Source of the DNA: an uncultured cyanobacterium
GTDB lineage: Bacteria > Cyanobacteriota > Cyanobacteriia > Cyanobacteriales > Cyanobacteriaceae
Length of the DNA: 64,000 nucleotides
Direction of reading: 5' to 3'
Assembly (NCBI GenBank): GCA_963710605.1
Contig: CAVQBA010000004.1
Location: forward strand, 768,001-832,000
Part shown: positions 54,919-64,000 of the stretch, in pieces
Layout: every line of letters begins with the position of its first letter
Position numbering within the stretch: position 1 is the stretch's first letter
The notes under the pieces: generated by a model
What the model was told of the DNA's origin: nothing
Database searches by the model: none
Seen by the model: the letters and a program-made list of their open reading frames with translations, nothing else
Position numbers and translations under genes: made by a program

Positions 54919-55770
54919 TTAAGGCATACACAAACCTAAATTAGGAGAAGTAACATAACCGCTACTAGGTTGTTCAATTGGTACCCAACCGTTGTAACCT
55001 TCATTTGCAATCATTACTTGTTGCCCTTTTTCTAATTGTCCGATAACCTCACCTTTAGGCTCTTTTCTAACTAAAACGTTTGGTGACAATATTTCACGGC
55101 AATTACTCCCTGGTACAGTAGAGATAACTTCTTTATAAGAAGAGCTGTTTTCAATATCGCATTCAGTCAAGCCTACTGATCTAATAAAACCACTAATCGG
55201 AGTTTCAATCGGTACCCAGCCACTGAATCCTTCATTAGCTATCATCACTTGTTGCCCTTTGGTTAATTCTCCAACAACAGTTTGCATTGGTCTTGTCATA
55301 ACTTGTAATCCATCACTGACTACCTGACGGCAATTACTACCTGGTACAGTAGAAATCTCTTCACCACCTTCATTTAAAGAGACAGAAGATTTATCGGTAA
55401 CGACTTGCGTCTCGCAATCAGTTAGATATTTGGATTCAATATAAGCACTTGCAGGTGATTCGATCGGTACCCAACCATCATTACCTTCATTCGCAATAAT
55501 TACTTGCTCATCTTTACTAATACTACCAATTACTTTTCCCCCTGTTGGATCGCTTACTAGGGTTACATCATCGGCATTCACTTGACGACAGTTGCTTCCT
55601 TCTACTGTATTTATACTTTCTCCTTGTTGTTGAGCAGTATTGGTTTGAGCTCGTAATTGGACTGGTGAAGCTTTTACTTCATTATTGAATGAAAATGTAG
55701 CTATTGTTGAGAATAAAATAGTACTTAAACCAATCGTACTCATTAACTTAGTTTTATCATAATTATTCAT
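54919..55770 (-). CDS. Exported protein with three SH3b-like repeats
   Basis: Three GSNCR...IANEG..GWVPIE.P...C units; signal peptide homologous to the neighbour's but without Cys. Confidence 0.82.
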   Translation of the reverse strand: MNNYDKTKLMSTIGLSTILFSTIATFSFNNEVKASPVQLRAQTNTAQQQGESINTVEGSNCRQVNADDVTLVSDPTGGKVIGSISKDEQVIIANEGNDGWVPIESPASAYIESKYLTDCETQVVTDKSSVSLNEGGEEISTVPGSNCRQVVSDGLQVMTRPMQTVVGELTKGQQVMIANEGFSGWVPIETPISGFIRSVGLTECDIENSSSYKEVISTVPGSNCREILSPNVLVRKEPKGEVIGQLEKGQQVMIANEGYNGWVPIEQPSSGYVTSPNLGLCMP

Positions 55771-55893
55771 ATTAATTACCTCTGTTTGAAAGAATATTTT
55801 TTAAATATATATAACAATTAAAAAGAAACGAAAGCTAGTTTTTAGTTGTAATTTATCTAACTTTATCTTCATTTTATATTCGTTACAACTACT

Positions 55894-55937
55894 ATTGTAA
55901 TTAATCAGAGTCAGAAAACTGTCTCTCAAAAGTTATA
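55894..55937 (-). promoter_or_regulatory. 16-bp box plus -10 element
   Basis: TATAACTTTTGAGAGA, 22 nt, TACAAT. Confidence 0.55.
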
Positions 55938-56229
55938 CATATAGAATATAAAGTCAAATATTATTGACAAAAGAATTATCTAATTATTAAATTGTATTTT
56001 TACTTTTTTAGATTTCATCTAACTTTAAAAATACTAAAATTAATCAAAAGCAATCTAGTTTATTTTTAATCTTGTAAAACTAGATTTGTCAATAAAATTT
56101 AAAAAAGGATATTAATATTTGGCAATTTACTTAGTTTTGAATATACTCACTTAGCTCAAGACATGATTAAAGTGAACTACTAACACTGAATTAAAAATTA
56201 GTTGCGATTAATTAATTAATATTTTTATA

Positions 56230-56330
56230 TCTATCTTTGGATATAAATTTAAAGTTAAGTACCTCTATCTAATGGTTCAAAGCTAATCTATCTTTAGGTC
56301 ATGTTGCAAATCTTTAGGATTGCTTAATGT
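56230..56330 (+). promoter_or_regulatory. Three 16-bp boxes plus -10 element
   Basis: TCTATCTTTGGATATA (56230), TCTATCTAATGGTTCA (56264), TCTATCTTTAGGTCAT (56287), 22 nt, TAATGT. Confidence 0.6.
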
Positions 56331-56370
56331 ATGAAGTGTTGACAAATAATTAGTTTAAAGAATAAACATT

Positions 56371-56796
56371 ATGAACATTAATTCAATTTACAAAAAATTA
56401 ACAATAGCTTTAAGTATATTTTGTGGTGTTACCTTAATTTGGATTGGGGTAATTACTGATACTTCTTCTGCACAAGTACAAGCTTATAATAGTTTTGATT
56501 CTCAATCAACGGTATTGTTGGCAATGGATTCAGATGATATGATGAATCCAATAGAACAAGTTTTTGGTGATGGTACAACTGATAAAATTGAAGGTAAAGT
56601 ACAAAAAGACATTGGTGCAACACAAAGAACATTTGGTAACACTCCCGCAACAGTTCAAGGTACTGTAAAACAAGCAAAAGGTAATGCTAAACAGGGTATT
56701 GGCGAAGTTAAAAATAGATTAGATGACGCAGGTGATAGCGTAGAAGATGCAGGTGAAAACTTGTTTGACGCTGCTAAAAACCTATTCAGCAACTAA
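56371..56796 (+). CDS. CsbD-like general stress protein with signal peptide
   Basis: DKIEGKVQKDIG...QGTVKQAKGNAKQ. Confidence 0.75.
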   Translation: MNINSIYKKLTIALSIFCGVTLIWIGVITDTSSAQVQAYNSFDSQSTVLLAMDSDDMMNPIEQVFGDGTTDKIEGKVQKDIGATQRTFGNTPATVQGTVKQAKGNAKQGIGEVKNRLDDAGDSVEDAGENLFDAAKNLFSN

Positions 56797-57058
56797 TTTT
56801 TTTTAGTCAGGACGAAATTTATAACGGATTATTAAATTAATTAATCTCAGCTTAAATCATTACCTAAATAAATAGTTAAATTATGTTTTCCAAATTTGTA
56901 TTTGGAAAATTAAGAATAATTGATAGTGCTGATACACTTATAAGATCTTAATTTAGATTAATGATAGACTTAATTAATTTGATTATTTTAATTTAATTTC
57001 CGTTTCTAAAAATAAGTAGATTATTACTGATTTATTGTTAGTTATTAACTATTTATTA

Positions 57059-57135
57059 TCCTTCTAAAGGAATAGAAAAAATAAGTTGGATTATATCTTA
57101 AGAATGATCAATACACAAGTTATTATTGATATTCT
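57059..57135 (+). promoter_or_regulatory. Two 16-bp boxes plus -10 element
   Basis: TCCTTCTAAAGGAATA (57059), TATATCTTAAGAATGA (57092), 22 nt, TATTCT. Confidence 0.55.
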
Positions 57136-57248
57136 GGTAGATAGTTAAATTAAAGCAAAACGATTGCAGAAGATTAACACCCTCTCAACGTCTGTTTAAT
57201 TTATCACTCTTTAAAAAATATAGTTAATATTAATTGAGGTTAATTTTT

Positions 57249-57410
57249 ATGGATATTCTACGTCTTATTTGTGCGATCGTTCTTCCCCCTGTAGGTGTTT
57301 TTCTTCAGGTTGGTTTTACCAAACAGTTTTTCCTTAATATTCTTCTCACCGTTTTAGGTTACATTCCTGGTATCATCCACGCCGTTTACATCATTCTTAA
57401 AGTAAAATAG
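57249..57410 (+). CDS. YqaE/Pmp3 (UPF0057) membrane proteolipid, 53 aa
   Basis: MDILRLICAIVLPPVGVFLQVGFTKQFFLNILLTVLGYIPGIIHAVYIILKVK*; GAGG SD; not in the ORF track. Confidence 0.93.
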   Translation: MDILRLICAIVLPPVGVFLQVGFTKQFFLNILLTVLGYIPGIIHAVYIILKVK

Positions 57411-58157
57411 TCACAGACCACAGATTAAAAGTTATTAGAAATTATAGTCAGTTATTATTTACAAAAACTGTCATGTTGAAGTTAATAATTGACAATCGAA
57501 AATAAACGATGATAAATAGGTAGTTTTCTTAGCCTTAGTTTTATTTTTGAAAGTTTTTATAGTATCTTTATGTATAAGCAAAATAGCATCTTGTTGATAG
57601 TCTCATCATTAAAAACTAGTTGTTGCTTTGCTTTTTTTTGTCTAAAAATTACCCGATTAAATTAAATTAACGATTAAAAATAATGATTATCTCGATTATT
57701 CAAGCAATATTTTTTTGTTTATGTATTCATTTATTCTTCCGTGTCGATCGATAATTAATTAAAATTTGTTTAATCGTAATCAAAATCAATAATTAAATTC
57801 AATTTAACAGATCACGGTTTTTATTAATTAAACTTGAGCGTAATTATTTATGTTGGCTTCTCTTTCTCTACATTGACCAACTAAAAATATATTTGCGTAG
57901 TCATGTCATATTTATTAATAATTAGCAATTGCTATATACTTAAAATTGAAGTATCACAATCGAATAGAATCATTAAATAATACAATCACCGTGTTTTAAT
58001 TAGGTAAAAGATAAAGATAATTGCTAACTTTGAAGATACAAACTAGAGATATCTAATTCTAGTTGTTAAGTAAATAATTTTTATCATCTGATGTGTCAAG
58101 CACAGATTTATCAAGAAGTTTTTCAATTAGCTTCAACTAAAAAAGCTAAAAATAAAT

Positions 58158-60857
58158 ATGGATTTAATACTATGTCATCAAACAGCAGACTTCGATAGTT
58201 TTGCTGGTGCAGTTGGTTTAAGTAAACTTCATCACGGAGCGAAAATTGTTCTTACAGGCGGTGCGCATCCTTCAGTTAAAAGTTTCATCGCTCTTCATCG
58301 AGATGTATTTCCTTTAACAGAATATCGTACCATTGATGAGAAGTTGATTCGTAATTTATTTATTGTTGATAGTCATAAAAGCGATCGTCTTGGTAATGCT
58401 AAAAAATGGTTAAAACTACCACAAATAGAATCAATTACAATTTACGATCATCATCAAGATATTGATAGTGATATTGAAGCTACTTATAAGTATATCGAAC
58501 AAGTTGGTTCTAGTTGCACCATTATTTGTGAATTATTACAAAAAGCATCTATTAGCTTAAATTCAATCGAAGCGACAGTGATGGCATTAGGTATTCACGC
58601 CGATACAGGCTCACTTACTTTCGAGCAAACTACTCCTCGTGATGCTACTGCTTTGGCTTGGTTAATGAGTTTGGGAGTTAATCTACGTTTTATTCAAGAG
58701 TATATTGAACCTAGTTTAGCCCCTAAATTACAAAAAATATTACCACAAATTTTAGACAAAATACAGACTGAGAAAATACATAGCTTTAACCTCAATTGGG
58801 TTTTACTTGAAACCGAAGAATTTATCGGCGGGTTATCTAGTTTAGTTGGTAGAATTAAAGACTTAATTGAAACTGATGTTTTATTACTCGCTCATTATCA
58901 CGGTGTAAAAGAGAAAAAAAAATTAACCGTTATTGGACGTAGTCGGATAGAATCAGTTAACTTAGCCCAAATTTTTAGTCAATTTAAAGGAGGTGGGCAT
59001 AGTAGTGCCGCCGCTTTTACTTTACGTTGCCATAATCCACAAGAAATTATTAGCCAAATACTTAAGCAAATAATTGAATCTATTTCTCCACCGTTGATGG
59101 CTAGAGAAATAATGTCTTCTCCTGTACGCACTATTTTACCAACAACTACAATCGAAGAAACAGGAAGAATTTTGTTACGTTATAAACATTCTGGCTTGTT
59201 AGTTGTTAATCAACAAGGAGATTTATTAGGTATTATCTCTCGTCGTGATATAGATTTAGCCTTACATCACGGTTTTTCTCATGCACCAGTAAAAGGATAC
59301 ATGACTAAAAATATCGAGATAATTAGCCCAGATACTTTTTTACCTGAAATTGAAAATTTAATCATTGAAAAAGATATTGGCAGACTTCCTGTTATTGATG
59401 AAGGAAGACTATTAGGAATAGTCACTCGTACTGATATACTAAGACAAATTCATCAAACTCGCTCTCAAACTCAATCTAATCTGACTCACTCAACTGCGTT
59501 ACTTTCATGTTTATTACCTTCATTTGAGAAGTATTTACATCCTCCTATTTGGCAGTTGTTATTACAAGTTAGTAGTTATGCTCAAAATCAAGGATGGCAT
59601 CTTTATTTAGTAGGTGGTGGTGTCAGAGATTTGTTATTAACTCAAGAAGATGAGACTCTCAATCTACAAGATGTTGATTTGGTGGTGGATGGTTTTCATC
59701 AATCGACAACCACAGAAGCAGGTGTACAACTTGCTCAGACGTTACAAACGCTCTATCCACAGGCTCGTTTAAGTGTTCATGGAGAATTCCAAACGGCGGC
59801 TTTATTGTGGCATAATGACGCTGATTTAGGTTCGTTGTGGGTTGATATTGCCACTGCCCGTACTGAGTTTTATCCTTATCCGGCGGCGAATCCTGAAGTT
59901 GAATCAAGCTCAATTCGTCAAGATTTATATCGTCGTGATTTTACCATTAATGCTTTAGCTGTACGTTTAACTAATCCTCGTGGTGGTGAATTGTTGGATT
60001 ATTTTGGCGGTTGGAAGGATTTGCAGAATAGATTAATACGGGTATTACATCCTAATAGCTTTATTGAAGATCCTACCAGAATTTATCGGGCGGTGCGTTT
60101 TGCGGTGAGGTTAGATTTTCAAATTGAGTCACAAACTAGAGAATATATTCAATATGCGATCGAAAGTGGTATCTATGAAAAGGTATCATTAGAAAAAACT
60201 TCTATCCCGGCTTTGACTACTCGGTTAAAGGCTGAGTTTAAATATATTTTTCAGGCTCAATATTGGCGAACTGCTTTAAAATTATTAAGTGAGCTTTCTG
60301 CTTTACGTTGTTTACATCATAGTTGTCGGTTAACTCCTCAATTGTGGTGGGAAATTCGTTGTCTCGATCGATGGTGGCAATATTATCGTACCACTACGGA
60401 TAAAATTTCGATCGATTCTTGGTTATTACGTTTAGAAATTATTTTAGCTTCTTTTGATGAAGGGGTTAAGGTAGCTCAAAATATGAGTTTACCTCAAGAT
60501 AGTATTAAACGTTTGGAAACAATTTATCATGATTCAGAGTCGGTAAAAAATAAGCTAGTCACTTGCGATAGTATTAGTGAGCGAGTCAACTTTTTATCTC
60601 AATATCATACCTTGACTTTATTAATCATAGCCGTTAAAAATAATAGGCAAACTAGAAGGTGGATATGGCAATATATAATGCACTGGAGTAAAATAAAACC
60701 TATTTTGAATGGTAATGATTTACAAAAGTTAGGTTATAAGCCGGGTAAACAATATAAAGAAATGCTCACGCAAATACAGTGCTTATATTTGGATGGTATA
60801 ATTAGTAATCAAGCTCAAGCAAAGCATTATATTATATCTCACTACCCTGTAAAATAA
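58158..60857 (+). CDS. tRNA nucleotidyltransferase with DHH-DHHA1-CBS extension (A-adding enzyme type)
   Basis: YDHH, GGGH, CBS pair, VGGGVRD, DVDLVV, RRDFTINA, EDPTRIYRAVRF. Confidence 0.92.
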   Translation: MDLILCHQTADFDSFAGAVGLSKLHHGAKIVLTGGAHPSVKSFIALHRDVFPLTEYRTIDEKLIRNLFIVDSHKSDRLGNAKKWLKLPQIESITIYDHHQDIDSDIEATYKYIEQVGSSCTIICELLQKASISLNSIEATVMALGIHADTGSLTFEQTTPRDATALAWLMSLGVNLRFIQEYIEPSLAPKLQKILPQILDKIQTEKIHSFNLNWVLLETEEFIGGLSSLVGRIKDLIETDVLLLAHYHGVKEKKKLTVIGRSRIESVNLAQIFSQFKGGGHSSAAAFTLRCHNPQEIISQILKQIIESISPPLMAREIMSSPVRTILPTTTIEETGRILLRYKHSGLLVVNQQGDLLGIISRRDIDLALHHGFSHAPVKGYMTKNIEIISPDTFLPEIENLIIEKDIGRLPVIDEGRLLGIVTRTDILRQIHQTRSQTQSNLTHSTALLSCLLPSFEKYLHPPIWQLLLQVSSYAQNQGWHLYLVGGGVRDLLLTQEDETLNLQDVDLVVDGFHQSTTTEAGVQLAQTLQTLYPQARLSVHGEFQTAALLWHNDADLGSLWVDIATARTEFYPYPAANPEVESSSIRQDLYRRDFTINALAVRLTNPRGGELLDYFGGWKDLQNRLIRVLHPNSFIEDPTRIYRAVRFAVRLDFQIESQTREYIQYAIESGIYEKVSLEKTSIPALTTRLKAEFKYIFQAQYWRTALKLLSELSALRCLHHSCRLTPQLWWEIRCLDRWWQYYRTTTDKISIDSWLLRLEIILASFDEGVKVAQNMSLPQDSIKRLETIYHDSESVKNKLVTCDSISERVNFLSQYHTLTLLIIAVKNNRQTRRWIWQYIMHWSKIKPILNGNDLQKLGYKPGKQYKEMLTQIQCLYLDGIISNQAQAKHYIISHYPVK

Positions 60858-61230
60858 AAAAGTTGTTATAACTCTTAATTTTAAGTACATTTATTGCCTT
60901 TGTGGGTTATTATTTGGCGTTATATAGCAAAAACTAATCTAAACTATAATTGTTCTATTAAATACAATTTGCTGAGTGAATATATTAGTTTAACTAGAAG
61001 GTGAAGAAGAGAAATTAATCTCCAACTGATCATCAAAAAGTTGACGAAAATAATTGCCAAAATAATTAAAAATAGTTTTGGTTACACGGATGCAAAATTA
61101 AGTAAAAATAGAAATTTACTAACTTAGAAAAAGTCACGATTATTTTTTTGTTTAGTATTAGTTTATTTTGCCGTTATTCTGAAAAAAGAAGTGTTATATC
61201 TTTTGTCTTGATTTTTTAATTAGTTTATTA

Positions 61231-61536
61231 GTGAGCCACAATATGAATAAAATATCGAATATTACTCCACAACCAGAATTTAATTATTTAGGTGCGAAAC
61301 TATCTAATCGTTCAGAAAATTTGGCTGTATCTACTAATAAAAAACAGGTAACGAAACTTCAATATAATAGTCGCCGAGAATCAAGACAAGTTCAGAAAAA
61401 GAAATCAAGGGCTATTTTTAAATATTTAATTTTTACAACGATCGTAATCTTCACTTTTGGTGGTTTGGGTTTCGGTTTGGCTTTACGTTACGGTAATAAT
61501 ATACAAGCTTCTTCTACTTCTAATATCAATCGTTAA
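61231..61536 (+). CDS. Hypothetical single-pass membrane protein
   Basis: Basic stretch followed by YLIFTTIVIFTFGGLGFGLALRY; start may be ATG 61243. Confidence 0.6.
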   Translation: MSHNMNKISNITPQPEFNYLGAKLSNRSENLAVSTNKKQVTKLQYNSRRESRQVQKKKSRAIFKYLIFTTIVIFTFGGLGFGLALRYGNNIQASSTSNINR

Positions 61537-62002
61537 AAGTAGTTGATTTGATGATAGTAATTAATTATCGTAGTCAATTGTCATTACCTAATAATAAGAT
61601 AAAAGTAATTTCTAAGATACTCAAGTAACGTTTTTAATTAGAAGTGTTTATCTCTCCATTATTTTGGTTATCGGATACTAAAGATATAGCTAAATGAATT
61701 TATAACTGCACTTTTTGTCTTAGTGAAAGTTTCCTCTTTTCAAGGGGAGGAGTTGTCACCTGAAATGAATTCAGGTGCTTGTAAACTCCGTGAGATTTAG
61801 AGGGGTTGGCGAAAGTATAAGTAATCACAAATTCATTCGACTATACTTGGCATATTTTAGTAATTCTTCTTGCCCAGATATGGCTATTGACGAATATTAA
61901 TTAAAGAACCTTGTTTATTATTAACACAATTGTCAAAATAAATATAAAACCCATCCTGTAATTAATTGACAAGGCACTTTAGATGTCGTTTAACAAATAA
62001 AA

Positions 62003-64000
62003 CTAAGGTAAACGCACGATAATAACAGTACTATCAAGCTTTTGAGCGATTTGCTCGGGTATATTGCCCGATATTGCTTGTTTTAACAAACCATCACGAG
62101 AAGCACCGATAATAACCAATTCTGAATGATGTTTTTGGGCAGTATGAACGATCGCACTGACGATAGAGTCTGAACAAACTGGTAAAAGATTGACCTCAGT
62201 ACGAACTAATTTACCTAATTTTTTAGCCGCTAAATGTAAATCCTTAACATCTAAATTGAGTTTATTTTCTTGCCGATAAACTTTTGTTAGCCATACAGAA
62301 GGTCTTTTTTCGGGTTGATAAACGTTGAAAAACGCAGGTAACAACTTCAAACCTTCTTGAATATTTGGTCCTCCTGAGAAGGGGATAACACAAGTACCCT
62401 CAGCTTCTGTATTATAAGGATAATATTGCTTATTTAGACCTAGCTTGACTAAAATTAATTCGCAAGGTGCTTTATTGATTAAACTATCAATTACATGAGA
62501 GAAAATAAACTCTTGAGAGCGAGATTTTGGCTTCCAACCCACAACTGCTAAATTGATATGATGACTTTTAATTAAATCTAATAATACATCAGTACGCTGG
62601 TGTGCCACAAATATTTTTGTATGGACTGATATTTTCGCCTTTCTACCCATCCTTTCTAAGGTGTGCATGGTATGTCGAGCAGAGCGAGTATCTACTGCTG
62701 TGGTATGAGTATCTTGATACTTAGGAATTTTAATAATACGAACAAATTCGATTTCATATTGATAATGAGAAGCGATCGCTTTAGCTATTTTAAATAAACT
62801 CTGAAAATCATCATCTTCGGCTACTGGTACTAAGATACGACCTTTTCCCGTAGCAGGAGAAGAAGTTTTATAAATTAAATAGGAAGAAATAGAAGCCACG
62901 GAAGTTTCTGCTTTTAATTCATTTACCTCCGCTCGAATAATATCAGTACGAGTGATAATGCCGACTAATCGATTATGACTCATCACAGGTAAACGAGATA
63001 ACTGATAACGATTAAGTAAATACATAACATCACTTAAATTAGCTTCCTCAGAAATAACGATCGGATTTTTAGTCATAATTTGACTAACTTCAATCAGTCT
63101 TTTATCTGTAGGAATTTTAGTTAAATCAGACTGAGTGACAATCCCTACCAAACGCCCTTTTTCCATTACAGGAAATCCACGATGATGAGAATTAGTCATC
63201 ATTTCTAACAAATCAGATGCAGATAGATGAGGGTTAGTTGTTTCTACTTTTGACTGCATCACATTTGACGCTTTTAGATGAGCCAGAAAAGAAGTATTCG
63301 ATTCTTGATTTTCCTCTAAATCAATACCCATATTTGAGAGTAAATATTGATATAAAGAGCCACTTTCTACTGTCTCGGCACTAATATAAGCCACCGCACA
63401 AGTAATCATTAAAGGCAAAACTAAATTAAAATTAGCATTTAACTCAAACACAATCATAATGGCAGTAATTGGCACTCTAACAATTCCTGTAAATAATGCA
63501 CCCATACCGACTAAGGCAAAAGTTGTGGTAGCATCTGTACCAGTAATCATTGCTTCTATGTCACCAACTAAATACCCTAAAGCCGAACCCATAATCAAGG
63601 CAGGTGCAAATAATCCTCCCGGTGCTCTTGTACCTGCGGCTAAAATACTTAAGATATAATGAGCAAATAAAACTAAGGCGGTTTCTTTTGTACTTAATTC
63701 TCCTCTAATTAAAAAATCTTTTAAACCGGCATTATCCCAGAAAAAAGAGGGTAGCGAAGCGATTACTAACCCTGAGATTAATCCTGCTAGTCCAATTCTG
63801 ACACCTAAGGGTAGATTAATTCTTTCGTTTAATTTAATACTCCACAAGACACTACGATTAAAAAAAGCACCTAATACTCCGGCGATGATTCCTAAAATTA
63901 AATAGAAAGGTATATCAGTGAGAATAAACTTTAACCCTTCTATATCGATAATTTGATTCGGTATTTGTAGATTCGTTGACTGCAATAATAAAGAAACAAC
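62003..64000 (-). CDS. ClC chloride channel/antiporter with CBS pair and USP-like domains (5' end outside window)
   Basis: PGGLFAP, RVPITAIMIVFEL, CBS repeats, RILVPVA and IIGASRDG. Confidence 0.93.
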   Translation of the reverse strand, partial: VVSLLLQSTNLQIPNQIIDIEGLKFILTDIPFYLILGIIAGVLGAFFNRSVLWSIKLNERINLPLGVRIGLAGLISGLVIASLPSFFWDNAGLKDFLIRGELSTKETALVLFAHYILSILAAGTRAPGGLFAPALIMGSALGYLVGDIEAMITGTDATTTFALVGMGALFTGIVRVPITAIMIVFELNANFNLVLPLMITCAVAYISAETVESGSLYQYLLSNMGIDLEENQESNTSFLAHLKASNVMQSKVETTNPHLSASDLLEMMTNSHHRGFPVMEKGRLVGIVTQSDLTKIPTDKRLIEVSQIMTKNPIVISEEANLSDVMYLLNRYQLSRLPVMSHNRLVGIITRTDIIRAEVNELKAETSVASISSYLIYKTSSPATGKGRILVPVAEDDDFQSLFKIAKAIASHYQYEIEFVRIIKIPKYQDTHTTAVDTRSARHTMHTLERMGRKAKISVHTKIFVAHQRTDVLLDLIKSHHINLAVVGWKPKSRSQEFIFSHVIDSLINKAPCELILVKLGLNKQYYPYNTEAEGTCVIPFSGGPNIQEGLKLLPAFFNVYQPEKRPSVWLTKVYRQENKLNLDVKDLHLAAKKLGKLVRTEVNLLPVCSDSIVSAIVHTAQKHHSELVIIGASRDGLLKQAISGNIPEQIAQKLDSTVIIVRLP

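Noticed and set aside
512-60857. Several tRNA-processing genes in one window (mnmE, tilS, Thg1-like, A-adding enzyme)
   Set aside because: They are tens of kb apart and separated by unrelated genes; only the tilS-Thg1-like proximity was kept
813-63659. Short antisense or out-of-frame ORFs inside known genes (e.g. 813-1070, 23493-23741, 39902-40285, 45615-45950, 63459-63659)
   Set aside because: Shadow ORFs of well-supported genes with no independent signal
1-64000. CRISPR array, tRNA, rRNA or intact transposase
   Set aside because: No regularly spaced repeat-spacer units, cloverleaf or complete DDE/HUH gene seen by eye

Overview
AT-rich chromosomal segment of a unicellular cyanobacterium. 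Evidence: psbA, psbY, pipX/pipY, nblB, cyanobacterial 6S RNA, frequent HIP1 GCGATCGC/CGATCG sites and heptamer tandem repeats; a Cyanobacterium/Geminocystis-like host is my inference. Most of the window is housekeeping (ispD, mnmE, aroQ, rsfS, pyrF, bfr, psbA, fbp, tilS, glgC, pstSCAB, uppP, nblB, A-adding enzyme, ClC). I found no CRISPR array, rRNA, tRNA or intact IS. The best leads are: (1) a cassette behind tilS with a tiny coupled gene pair (DUF6888/DUF6887-like), a PNK-like kinase and a Thg1-like 3'-5' polymerase, possibly an RNA damage/5'-end repair module; (2) a 16-bp motif fixed 22-23 nt upstream of the -10 box of five stress/envelope genes; (3) a catalytically dead IS6-transposase N-terminus fused to a transmembrane helix; (4) a stand-alone Zn-finger/RelE-ParE-like gene; (5) small ORFs missing from the ORF track; (6) single-base frameshifts in pstS and an RTX metalloprotease gene. 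All family assignments come from motif recognition, not from database searches.
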